Assembly (NCBI GenBank): GCA_004764695.1
Contig: SMSO01000014.1
Span: forward strand, 3,095,648-3,159,647
Direction of reading: 5' to 3'
Source: Schizochytrium sp. TIO01
Lineage: Eukaryota > Protista > Bigyra: Labyrinthulomycetes
Length of the DNA stretch: 64,000 bases
The notes under the pieces are model-generated. The model ran no database searches. It was not told where the DNA came from and saw nothing but the letters and a program-made list of their open reading frames with translations. Position numbers and translations under genes: made by a program. Shown here piece after piece: positions 34,020-44,761 of this stretch (its first letter is position 1; the number at the start of each line of letters is the position of its first letter).

Positions 34020-36161
34020 TTAAGGAAACTGTTGTTGCGTGGTACGTGGGGGGACAATATCAAGTGAGCGAATTGCACGAAGATTATCCAAAGACCAAGC
34101 CTTAAACTTTTCCATTTGATTCGTCAAAAGAACACCGCGGAAACCCTCATGAATTTCCTCGATGGCTGGGTACATGAGCCATTCGTTGGTTGCCATAGCA
34201 GTGAGAATACGATGAAACGCATGCAGACAAATTTGTTCACGTTGAAGGCCCACCGCGAGCTGGCGGATTTGCGCACGTTGCTCATCCGTAAATTGCAGAG
34301 TCTTTTGCAGATCCTTACGAAGCATTTCAAGTTTCTGCTTTACTTGTGCCGGTGTCAGAGGCTGTTCACTTCCATTACTGTTTGTGGGTACATGGCCACT
34401 CGCAGCATAAACTTGACTGAGAGGTTGTTCATCGATGCCAGCAACCTTGCGGGCCTGTGCGGACATATGCGAAGCACCTCGTTCAGGCAGCACCTTCGGT
34501 TTGGGGGTAGTGGTTACAGCGTTAGCTGGTGCAGACAGAGATGCAGGGGGCAATTCACCAATATCCTCGTGATAATCAAGCCCCAGGCCAACTCCTGACC
34601 CACCAGACATACCGGCGGGCATGGGCTTGCGATAATACAGACTCTTGGTTGCGTTTCGACGAACATTCGTCGCTCGAGCAGACTCCTCCGTAGACGTAAG
34701 TTGATCTGCTAGCAGAAAATACATGGCACTGTTCTCAGCACCACTAATGCGAAGAAAGTCAGCCCAACCAGCTTCCCAATCCGTAAACATTTCCGTCGCA
34801 GCACGTCTGCGTGGTCGTGAGACACTCATGTCTTGTGTAGGTCCAGCTACAAGATTTTCCCAAAACATCTTGTACAGTTCGCCTTCATCCATGGCACTCA
34901 ATTCCTCATCGATTCGTTGTTGAACAGCCGCAGCATCCTCTTCTTCCTGAGTCTTCTTCGAGGTTGCCGCAGATTTCGGCATCAGGACAGGGTCATCATA
35001 AACCTGCATTGGCTGTCTTGACGCAGTGTAAGCTTCACGAAGATCCTGTACAGAGAAAGGGCACGCCGCAGACTTTCCGAGGCCGCCATTGGCTCCGCTG
35101 GCTCCCGTGCTGCGAATACTGGCAGCATTTATTTTGGCATTCTGCCTTCGTTTATCGAGGACGCTGAGGAACTCGATGCTTCGCAGGAGGTCGTTCACCT
35201 CGAGCTCCAAGGAGTCTGTCATTGTCTTCTTTTTGAGCCTACGCATCTTTGCAGAAGCTCGGTTTCGCGCAAGTCGTTTCTCACGGCGGCCAGACGAGTC
35301 TCCAGTCACAGACATTGCTGAATCATCGTCAAAGGCGCTAGCCGCTGATGGGCTTGGCATCGATGATGAAAACGTCATACCATTTTGCGAAAGCAGCGAA
35401 TGTCTTGGGTTCGTGTAACTCGAGCTTTGCGGAAGCTGCGGAGCTTCAACAGTCGTCGCACGATCAAGATGATCGCCTCGCCGCTTTCCGGTACCACGCT
35501 GGCCTCTTGATCCAATTCCGCCTGTCGAATCTTGTGGAGATGCAGATGCTGGCGACATTGGAATCGGAGACCCACTCATGGACGAAGACGAGCTACCGTG
35601 AATTTGATGTCCAGGCTCGTATTTCAGGAGACCTAGTCGAACCTGACCTCCACGTTGCTGTGGAGGGGGGATTGCAGTTGGTCCTGAAGGCGGAGGCAAG
35701 TCCATCATGGCTTCAGGACTCGTGGGCCATGCCGAATGGAGGTCCTGCTGCGACATGACCTTGCGCATGTCTGTATTGTTAGCGTGGTAACCACTGCCGT
35801 CGTATCCCACTGCCGATGCATGTCCTGGATAACGAGGCTGAGCACCTGGAGGGATGGGCGCGTGCTCCATCGAAGGCGCGTGAAAAGATGACATTGGAAT
35901 GGGACCGGGAGGCGTGGCAAGACTACCCTCGCCAAGATCATATCCCATAAAATCGTCACCAAAGTCTTGGGACTCGTCCATGGCATATGGGGAAGTAGCA
36001 CTGTCGAGACCGGTGCCGACACCAAGGTGAGGGGGGGGATTCGTGCCGGAGACAGTGTTAAAGGCAGGCATTGAAGTCGACTTCTTCATACCTGACCCTG
36101 ACGAAGGATAGAGCACCTGCGGAGGTGTCTTCCACTGGCCAAACATAGCCTGGCGCTTCAT
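34020..36161 (-). CDS. bZIP transcription factor with a helical C-terminal domain
   Basis: Basic region and zipper RREKRLARNRASAKMRRLKKKTMTDSLELEVNDLLRSIEFL; 713-aa intronless ORF. Confidence 0.92.
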   Translation of the reverse strand: MKRQAMFGQWKTPPQVLYPSSGSGMKKSTSMPAFNTVSGTNPPPHLGVGTGLDSATSPYAMDESQDFGDDFMGYDLGEGSLATPPGPIPMSSFHAPSMEHAPIPPGAQPRYPGHASAVGYDGSGYHANNTDMRKVMSQQDLHSAWPTSPEAMMDLPPPSGPTAIPPPQQRGGQVRLGLLKYEPGHQIHGSSSSSMSGSPIPMSPASASPQDSTGGIGSRGQRGTGKRRGDHLDRATTVEAPQLPQSSSYTNPRHSLLSQNGMTFSSSMPSPSAASAFDDDSAMSVTGDSSGRREKRLARNRASAKMRRLKKKTMTDSLELEVNDLLRSIEFLSVLDKRRQNAKINAASIRSTGASGANGGLGKSAACPFSVQDLREAYTASRQPMQVYDDPVLMPKSAATSKKTQEEEDAAAVQQRIDEELSAMDEGELYKMFWENLVAGPTQDMSVSRPRRRAATEMFTDWEAGWADFLRISGAENSAMYFLLADQLTSTEESARATNVRRNATKSLYYRKPMPAGMSGGSGVGLGLDYHEDIGELPPASLSAPANAVTTTPKPKVLPERGASHMSAQARKVAGIDEQPLSQVYAASGHVPTNSNGSEQPLTPAQVKQKLEMLRKDLQKTLQFTDEQRAQIRQLAVGLQREQICLHAFHRILTAMATNEWLMYPAIEEIHEGFRGVLLTNQMEKFKAWSLDNLRAIRSLDIVPPRTTQQQFP

Positions 36162-38396
36162 GGTAGCGTAATTGATGTTTTACAGTAGCCGAACAAGCGT
36201 TTAGAGAGGTTTTGAGGTCTGCAAGGGGATGAACAACACCACACCTGCACAATTCCAGCGTCCAAGAAGAAGAAGATCCACCCCCCAAAAGGCTACTCCA
36301 AATTAAACCTGCCCCGCGAGAACAAAGAAAACGCAGTAAAGTTCCACGTTGAGTATATGAACTTTGGGCTCGTCACGATTTAGTCGCCCGCAAAAGCTGA
36401 CAGATGTCTATATCTCCTTTAATAATATCTTTCTTTGCTGTCTTCTGCTAATTCCACAGCACACGTTGTCGAAGATAAACGAGTACGTACTTTTGCAGAA
36501 GATGAGAGCACTCCAGAAACAAGACTTTCTACTTGACAGTGGAGACTGAAAGGAGTGCAATGACACGGACGTCACAGGGAGGATACTGCAAGGGTCTTGA
36601 AAGTTTCAAACTTGAAGAAAGCGCAGAGTCGTAATAAAAAACAAAATAAAGAATAATGCCGAGCGAAATTGAGCAAATGGCCAGAGACGCAGCAGCTGTC
36701 TCGGGTGCGCCCCCCTGCCAAGATCCCGCGGGGAGAGGGTGTCCTGGCACGGCTCAGCTGCCCTCGGCGCGGAGAGCAGCTCTGCGACAGCCGGGTGTCA
36801 ATCCAGGAGATTGGGAGATTGCTAGTGGATTAAGTGACCATTTTTGGGTCGCCACGGTATTTCCTCTATTTCCTTTTTCCCCTCAATCTACTGACTGTTT
36901 TTACCCACTGTATGTTTACGCCTCTACTATAGAACACTCTCTTATAACCCATTTGTATTCCAAATACTCTACTTTCGTATACTCTGGTCGTCTTCTTCGT
37001 TAGCACACCTCTAAGCTGTCCTAGAAGAGTGTCTATTTCCTCATTTTCGATGAAAATGGTTTCATAGAGCTCTGATTCACTCTTCAAGTTTGGGCTGCAA
37101 TCGTACTTTGCGCTCGCTGCACGGATCACCTCGCACTTCTGAGATCACGATTATGGTGGTGCCGAGCCTGAGGATCACATCACCAAAGTGAGGCCTTGAA
37201 AGAGGCAGCGAGCGGCCAAGTGTTCACTGTAAACTCCATGAGGTTTCGCACAGGGAGGACACAGCAGCAGATGCTCCTTGTTTTCCATAGATAACTCACT
37301 CAGCTCAGGTCGTATAAATAAATAAAATTGTCAAACTCCTCCACTTCTGCAGGTTTCCATGTCATTCGCTCCATTGGAGAGCGCCCCCAATCGAATCAAG
37401 CCAAGCGCTGAAGGGACACGCTCGTGCAGCTGGTGAGCAGCATACACCGACCTCGCTGGTCTCGCTGGAGAGGAGTTTTTCCACTGCTGTGCATTCATTC
37501 ACCAATCTTCTGTGTTGTGTGTTTCTCTTAGAGCATTCATGGACATGAATCGTGAGCACTGATGAGGATTGGAATTGCCTTAATAGTTAGACAGACTCCA
37601 TGCAGCGAAGAATACAACGTTGGGCCCTTCAGCACATCGCCGCTTATGGTGTGTGCATTGAGTCAGATCCAGCTGATGGCACATAAAACTGACTGTCTGT
37701 TGTCAGAGGTGGCTTCGACTGCAGTTCTCAAACAAGGCATGGCAAAGAGTCTGCACGACCATCTGAAGATTGGCAAGAGCTTTCACAGCACAACATAACA
37801 ATTGTAAAGGCAAAGGAGAAGAGTGTTGGCTCCCCTACGGTGTGCATACCGTTAACAGTAGGCCCTCTTGGCCCGTGCTCCGAGCAGTTCAATGGCGATT
37901 GATTCTTCTTCTATTGCTCTTCCTTTGCAATGCAGACTTGCCCTGCAAAACGTGCTGTCGTTGACGTCAAGGGCTCTCAGGGTTATTCGCAACAGCTTGA
38001 AGCAGCTACTGAAGAGCGACCGCATGGAACCGCCACCGCCGCCATCACCATCGTGGCCACTTGAGTTCCGAGTTGCACAATCAAATTAAGGCCTCAAAAC
38101 TCCACGATACCGTCAAAATAAATGGCCATTGAAAGATAGATAAGAATGAATAGTGAGTGAAGCAAATCAAAACACAGCAGAATCAATTGAAAGCATGCAC
38201 AAGAAGAGCTTGGTCTGTCTGCATAAAGAGAAGCCGACTCCGAGTGCCTGTGAGGAGTTTGCCAGAGTTCTTCTTCCCGGGCTGCTGGAGGTGGTCGGCA
38301 TTGGCCTCCTTTTCCACATCTTCTTCAGTTTCCCAATCTGGCGTCGATTTGTGATCATCACTGCGATTCTATTTTACTTTGCAAATTACTTACTCT

Positions 38397-38605
38397 GCAA
38401 TAAACAAACAAACAAACAAATAATCAAATAAACAAATAAACATATAAACAAATAATCAAATAAACAAATAAACAAACAAACAAACAAACAAACAAACAAA
38501 CAAACAAATAATCAAATAATCAAATAAACAAACAAACAAATAAACAAACAAACAAATAAACAAATAAACAAATAAACAATTAAACAAATAAACAAATAGA
38601 CAAAC
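38397..38605. repeat. Degenerate (AAAC)n/(AAAT)n microsatellite, about 210 bp
   Basis: aaataaacaaacaaacaaacaaataatcaaataaac... array. Confidence 0.95.
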
Positions 38606-39533
38606 AGGTAGGACCCACTTAGTTCCTACTGTACAAGCAAGGAGGGAAAGAAGTTGCTGCAGAGAATTAGATACAAGTAGAAGCAGACAAGGTCCCAGTG
38701 TCAAGGCGACGACGCGGCACAGGCACCAGGGCCCAAAATAGGTGGCGGCAGTACCTACTCAGCGTCAAGCCTCCTCACAAAGCAGTCGAAGCGGCGCTCC
38801 ATGGCAATCTTGGGCCCGACTGGGTCTTAAGGGAAAGCGCTGAGGGCTCAGCGAGAATGACTGCGGCAGAGGCTCCGGAAAAGCGACCAGGCTACTACTG
38901 TGACGATTCTAGGTTGTTCTTTTTAAATGTTGTTTCATTCATTTAAAGAGGAACAAAGAGAACGACAGAATCCGTCGGGCTGACTCTATAGTATATTTGT
39001 ATTTATCTGAAAGTTTTTACGAGGTCATATGCTTAGCCTTAGTTTGGAAGGGTAATTTAATAAAAGAACAGAACAGCATGGCTAATAAATATGAGTGGTT
39101 TGAATATGTTGGAGCGACATGCTGAAAGAACGGATAGATACTAGGTTTATATGTTGTGATGTAGAACAGCAGTTTGAGGATAGAACGGACTTTCGATGTG
39201 AAAGTAAAAGATAGATCGAGAGCTGCTCAAGACCGCCTTGACGCCTCACCCAAGAGGCATTTGCGAAAACTCTGGCGGAGAGGAGTCGAGTTCTCTGAGT
39301 CAGATCGCTGGAGCCTCGGAGGTATTTTCGTGTGAGCCCGGAAGAGGGAAGGACAATAAGCTACTCTACTTGGTTATTCAATTCGTGCCTCGTCACCGTC
39401 TTCATCAATCTTCGTGGCGGTGTTCACTCTGACAGAAACCTGATCATAAGTCTGAACATCAATTTGCGAAAGCAAAAGGAACCCATCAAAAGGTGAAGTG
39501 GGGGAGTGTAAGAGAGCAGAACCTGGTTAAACC

Positions 39534-40094
39534 ATGTCGCGAAACGCAAGACTGGGCGAGGCTTGCTACAACAAGCTGGACAAGATCAACGCGGAGCTCT
39601 TTACGTTGACCTATGGCGCCCTTGTTGCACAACTTGTGAGGGATCTTGAGGATGTGGACAAGGTAAATGAGAAGCTTGAAGATATGGGTTACAATATTGG
39701 TTTGCGCCTGATCGACGAGCTTCTCGCCAAGTCTGGTATTCCGCGTTGTGGCAACTTTCGGGAGACTGCAGACATTGTCTCCAAAGTGGGATTCAAAATG
39801 TTTCTCAACATTGTACCCACGGTACAAAACTGGAATGAAAGAGGGACTGAATGCACGCTGGTGTTTGATGATAACCCCTTGGAAGACTTCGTTGCCTTGC
39901 CTTCGTCTTGCGCCGGCCTTCGCTACTGTAATATGTTGTGCGGTGTACTCCGTGGTGCACTTGAATCTGTTCACCTTGCTGTCGAGTGCGAAATTATTGC
40001 TGATGCGCTCAAGGGGGACCCTCAGACAGAGATTCGCATGTCGCTCAAACATGTTATCGAGGACGAAGCTGGTGAGGATTACCGCGAGGACTAA
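39534..40094 (+). CDS. BET3: TRAPP complex subunit Bet3 (TRAPPC3)
   Basis: KINAELFTLTYGALVAQLVRDLEDVDKVNEKLEDMGYNIGLRLIDELLAKS...C..FRETADIVSKVGFKMFL...DNPLEDFVALP...LRYCNMLCGVLRGALE. Confidence 0.97.
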   Translation: MSRNARLGEACYNKLDKINAELFTLTYGALVAQLVRDLEDVDKVNEKLEDMGYNIGLRLIDELLAKSGIPRCGNFRETADIVSKVGFKMFLNIVPTVQNWNERGTECTLVFDDNPLEDFVALPSSCAGLRYCNMLCGVLRGALESVHLAVECEIIADALKGDPQTEIRMSLKHVIEDEAGEDYRED

Positions 40095-40825
40095 TCTTGA
40101 ATTTCCTTTTATCAAAAGGCAAGCTGTGATCACAGCACAAACATAAGAGAACAACATATGAATTAGACCGCGTTCTCCTTAGTTTCTTCAACTTCATCCA
40201 TTTCCACAAGCTTCACTATGATGTATACCGTCTGGATAGTTTGACAGCCCTTGGTATGACCCAATCGAGTGCGCATTGCCATATGTGGATTCTGTGGGTT
40301 ATTAACACCTGAGCTCACTAAGGAGACGCAAGAACTCCGTCTCTGATATAAGCATACCGATTAGACGAATAGATGAACTGAGACGCTAATATCCTACACA
40401 AGCATAAACAAAAGTGCAGATTTCCCACCTTAGAATAATCCAAGGTAAAATCATTTCATTAAAATAACAGAATTGCCATAATATGTAACAGGAGCTTAAG
40501 TGCTGTTGATATTCTTTCTCTTCATTTTTCACTAGCCTGGGCACCTTCAAAACTTTCTATAAGGGACGTTCCTTAGGTTTCAAATCGGTCCCAGGGTCGA
40601 TTACACATAAAATATAGATTGACTGCATTGGTTACTACAATTGACTACGTGATATTGTTTATGCAATTTCAGGAATTTGATATATTTTACACTTCTTTGT
40701 AAATCCTAAAGAAGGATACCAACAAACATCAACAATGAGAAACAGAATTTTGTAAAACAAGGACATCAAAGAGCGCCTGTGAAACCAAAGAAACATCGAA
40801 TCCAATGAATTCCAACCTTCCTTGA

Positions 40826-43800
40826 TTAACTCAATAGGCTTGTTGTTGCCGTGGCAGCAGTCATCGTACTGGACGGAGTACCTGGGGCAGTGGAGGCGTC
40901 AACGAAGCAATCTACATCTTGTGGAAGCCGATCGATTTCCATAAAACGGTGGAAATGACGAGGAATGCCACTAGATGCAAGCGAGGCTGTCTCACAAGAG
41001 TGACCGAGATCAGACTCTCGATCTCCGCGGAGAATTTCAACAGAACTCTTGTGGGAGGCTAAACTACTCATCGAAAGAGCTCGAAGCATCCGGCGGCGGT
41101 CTACTTGAGCATCTGAAAGGCTACCTCCTTCGGGCACTGCAGCATCGTCGATGGAGTCGTTTCGAGTCTTTTCTGGAGCATCCCCTTGAGAACGTGAACG
41201 TCTTAGAAGAAATGTCTTCGCGGCACGTTCTACTGCTCGAACTTTGGTCGTCGGCAGGGGTGATTTCTGGCCCTCCTCTTTAGGCTGGACTTCCTCCCGC
41301 CAACGTAAAAGGTTTGCCTTGATATTTGCAACTGCATGATCTAGCTCCAGATCAGGTACTTGGTTGAGAACTTCGTACAAAGGGAGGACGATTGCCTCAA
41401 TAAAACCACTCTGGAATCTTGCCAGAGGCAATTTAATTGTTCGGTCCATGAATGGCAACACAGGTAATCCACGTTCCTTTTCAAGATCGCCTTGATTACG
41501 AAATTCAACACAAAGACGCTCGGTCCATTGCTGGTAAACGGGCCATGGTTTGCCCGAGGCGGAAATATCCGCGGCATGAAGCGATGCCTCTAGAATATGG
41601 ATTTGCTCAAGATCTGATACCATCATTCCTTCTCGGGATTGTGAGTTTTGCAATGCTTGTGAAACTTTAGTGAGTCTAGCAACCAGAGCATCATGTTCTG
41701 CATTCTCAGTTGCAAGGACCATGGACACTACGGCTTTGCGGAAAATATTGAGATCTTCAGCCTGAAAGTTACACAGGAGATTTGCTCCAGGCGCCTGCAG
41801 AAGCTCAAATATAACAGCAGCATGCATCATTTCCAAAGGTGAGCGATCATTGTAACGAAGCGCGAGGGGGTGCCAGGTTTGTACAAGAAAGCTGTTCGTC
41901 ACGCCAGGATGGGCTACATCGTGGCCGAGGGCCGCAAAGACGGCAGCAAAACGCACGTCAAGCGTAGTGTACTTGGCAAGCCCACAGGAAATAAAAAAGT
42001 GGTTCATGGTCTGTGCTACATCAGCACCATGTATTGCGTTGTGATATGGATTTGGCAAGTAGCGAGCTTGCAGATAAGTAAGATAACGGAGGGCCTCACG
42101 CTCAGGCACATTTAACTCGCTAAATATGCCATGTCTTTCAAAAATGGCAAATCCAACAGCCACAAGAGGGCCACAAGATGCCAGTTGAGCTACGACAAAA
42201 ATATTAAACTCATCCCACAAGTCAATTTTGTGAAGCATAGACACGAGCTGCTCTAGCTCCTTGTTATTAACGCAGGGAAGATCGTCTCTGTATTGCTGAC
42301 TTTCCTGCTGTGAGTCCTCGGGGTGTTGGCGGTTATCCTGATTGGGAGGAAGGGAAGGAGGGCGCGGAAGAGCTGAGTTGTCTAAGTCATCGCAATCTAC
42401 ATGCTCCGCAGTACGATCACAATTACTAATAATAGCACTGGAGGCGTGCGAGCGACTGGATGACCTTTTGGAGCCGCTATGATGAGCCATGTGAACAACA
42501 TGGGACAAGTCAGGCGTAAGGTCCGGAAAGCTGCGACTAGCTAGCACAAGTTCCTCCTCCTCCTCATCTGCGCGCTTTGCAGCAGTGGCAACCTGGATAG
42601 TTTTGTCAAGGTCGAAGCACTGGAGTGGAATAAGGGAACCGGAACGCGTGTGTAAAAGTTTGCCAATTCTCTCATGGCTACTTGTGCTCTTAAGATTTGA
42701 GGCTGGGCTCTCCGAAGTGGCATCAACGGCATTAGCACCATGATCAGTTGCTATAGAACGATCATCACATACATTGGCGTCAGCTGCATCGCACGTGGCA
42801 GGCTCCAAACCAGGCCCCAACGGAGATTCATCAGGTAGTTGTTGCATTGGATTTGTAGCCGAACCTGAAGAACACAACGATGGGGACATTGAGGAAGAGG
42901 GCAGGAGAGTGGAGGTATTTAGATGCAGTGGTTCTCCTGAAGGCACTGATGCGAATGACGGGCCCGACAGCAAGTCGTCAGAGTCCGAACCGTCAGTAGC
43001 GGAAATTGCCAAAGGATCTACTCTAACATTGTGATCGTTGATTGTCATGGAACAGTTATCTCGGTGATATGAATTGCTATTCAAGATGAGCTTTTCAGGT
43101 GAGATTGGGTTGGTGCTGAAGAAATCGCCACATTCACCCTCATCCACGTCGTCTGAATTAGAGCAGTCCCCAGCTGCCTGGGCTGCAGCACTATCTTCTT
43201 CGTCTCCTAAGTCCACCTCTTTGGCATCTTCTTCTTCAATATCTTCAATATCTTGTTCTCCACCTGCGTTTCCTGTATGTATCTTGTACAAAGAAGGGTG
43301 TTGAAAGCTAGGCGACGTCAACGACGGCGGCTTGATTGGCCTCGATCGCAAAGGTGAAGAGGCGCGCGAGCTTGTGTTTTTTCGAGGGTTGCATGTAGAG
43401 TTTGAAGATGCAGATGGTGGGCTTGAGGGACGATTCTCTAGTGGCACTGGTGTCTTGGAGTCAAAGTCACTATGCCAATCTGCATGGATATCAACATCAT
43501 CATCCATTAGCGAGTCGTCATCCGAAATGGAAACATCTTCATCAATTCCTGTCGAGATATAGTCTACATCATTTGAGGAAAACGCACGAATACGCCGACT
43601 GTTACCTTTCGCAGATTCTACGCCACTATCACCTAGAATGTTCCGAATGGGCGCTTCAGGAAGGCTAGACTTGCGTCCAAACTTCCCATTTATGCCACCG
43701 TTAAGATTTGCCGCCATGAACGACGAAGCTCGTGTAGGAGGCGTGCTCCGCGCGCTATGGAGACTAATATGCCCTGACCCAACTGAGTGTAGAGATCTAG

Positions 43801-44761
43801 CAGACGCGAGTCTCCGCATGGGTTGGGACTCTGCAAACTCGTTGAGCAGGTACTGCTTGACATCGTCAGGGAAGGAGTCTACACGCCTCTTGACATCGTC
43901 AACTTCGGGGTCAACGAGAGCTGCCAGTGCCCTCTGGCATACAAGTGCTTCCTGTCTCGTAAGCATGATAAGCTGCGTCCTTGGTTCCTTTGCAAGCGCC
44001 TCGTCCAATATCCTCATTGACTCTCTGAGCAGCTTCGTGTTATATAATGACTGCTGCACAGAAGTTCTTGACATCGGCGACCTCCCTTCGCCTAAATACC
44101 TGGCCATATCGCCCATCGATTTTGCAGATTGTGCTGCCTGAAGAACAGAGCCATTTCCATAAAAATGTGTGCCTCTATTGTTTTGAGTCTGGTTGTGATG
44201 TAGGGTTTGAGTCTTGACGGAATTATGATTTTTAGCCATATGAGGGTCCAATTTACCCATGCTCGAGAGACCGAGGCGGGTCGGGGTAGGCGCGGAGTTC
44301 GGTGATGGCTCCCAGACGGCACTCCGAGAAGACTCGATACTACTAACCTTGATGGGTGGAGGCCTTGGGAACAGGTCATCGACATCGCGTATTGGGTGTA
44401 GCGAGAGTGTGGATGCAGAAGAAGATGAGGCTGATGCCAGTGAAAGCTTGGAGCGTAGGCGCCTCGAGGTCAAGCCTTCATCCCCGGCAGCCTCCATAGG
44501 ATCCGAAGACATTGTAATGTCGTCAGGTTTGGTACCTTGAAGTGCAGCGGGGCTGTCTGCTACTACATCAACTTCTCGCGGCTCAAGAATAGTCTGCACG
44601 CGTGAATAAGCATTGGGGCTTGCTTGCGCCGCAGAATAAGAGGATCTAGAGGCACCATGAGGTATCGGGGTAGAGAGATCTGTGCCAGCGGAGTCTGAAA
44701 CGGAGCTGGGAGCTGAGACGGTGCTGTAGAGATTTGCCTCAGTGGCGTCAGGCTCAGCCAT
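40826..44761 (-). CDS. Class I 3',5'-cyclic nucleotide phosphodiesterase with a long disordered N-terminus
   Basis: NPYHNAIHGADV, ALGHDVAHPGVTNSFL, LALRYNDRSPLEMMH, SMVLATE, LHAADIS, EFRNQGDLEKERGLPVLPFMDR, FQSGFIEAIVLPLY; ATG at 44761. Confidence 0.96.
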   Translation of the reverse strand: MAEPDATEANLYSTVSAPSSVSDSAGTDLSTPIPHGASRSSYSAAQASPNAYSRVQTILEPREVDVVADSPAALQGTKPDDITMSSDPMEAAGDEGLTSRRLRSKLSLASASSSSASTLSLHPIRDVDDLFPRPPPIKVSSIESSRSAVWEPSPNSAPTPTRLGLSSMGKLDPHMAKNHNSVKTQTLHHNQTQNNRGTHFYGNGSVLQAAQSAKSMGDMARYLGEGRSPMSRTSVQQSLYNTKLLRESMRILDEALAKEPRTQLIMLTRQEALVCQRALAALVDPEVDDVKRRVDSFPDDVKQYLLNEFAESQPMRRLASARSLHSVGSGHISLHSARSTPPTRASSFMAANLNGGINGKFGRKSSLPEAPIRNILGDSGVESAKGNSRRIRAFSSNDVDYISTGIDEDVSISDDDSLMDDDVDIHADWHSDFDSKTPVPLENRPSSPPSASSNSTCNPRKNTSSRASSPLRSRPIKPPSLTSPSFQHPSLYKIHTGNAGGEQDIEDIEEEDAKEVDLGDEEDSAAAQAAGDCSNSDDVDEGECGDFFSTNPISPEKLILNSNSYHRDNCSMTINDHNVRVDPLAISATDGSDSDDLLSGPSFASVPSGEPLHLNTSTLLPSSSMSPSLCSSGSATNPMQQLPDESPLGPGLEPATCDAADANVCDDRSIATDHGANAVDATSESPASNLKSTSSHERIGKLLHTRSGSLIPLQCFDLDKTIQVATAAKRADEEEEELVLASRSFPDLTPDLSHVVHMAHHSGSKRSSSRSHASSAIISNCDRTAEHVDCDDLDNSALPRPPSLPPNQDNRQHPEDSQQESQQYRDDLPCVNNKELEQLVSMLHKIDLWDEFNIFVVAQLASCGPLVAVGFAIFERHGIFSELNVPEREALRYLTYLQARYLPNPYHNAIHGADVAQTMNHFFISCGLAKYTTLDVRFAAVFAALGHDVAHPGVTNSFLVQTWHPLALRYNDRSPLEMMHAAVIFELLQAPGANLLCNFQAEDLNIFRKAVVSMVLATENAEHDALVARLTKVSQALQNSQSREGMMVSDLEQIHILEASLHAADISASGKPWPVYQQWTERLCVEFRNQGDLEKERGLPVLPFMDRTIKLPLARFQSGFIEAIVLPLYEVLNQVPDLELDHAVANIKANLLRWREEVQPKEEGQKSPLPTTKVRAVERAAKTFLLRRSRSQGDAPEKTRNDSIDDAAVPEGGSLSDAQVDRRRMLRALSMSSLASHKSSVEILRGDRESDLGHSCETASLASSGIPRHFHRFMEIDRLPQDVDCFVDASTAPGTPSSTMTAATATTSLLS

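Noticed and set aside
38456-38704. Hydrophobic CLFVYLF-repeat ORF resembling a membrane protein
   Set aside because: Translation of the (AAAC/AAAT)n microsatellite.
40570-40605. T-loop-like GGTTTCAAATC (also GGTTCAAATC near 56800) suggesting tRNA
   Set aside because: No cloverleaf, D-arm or acceptor stem could be built around either site.
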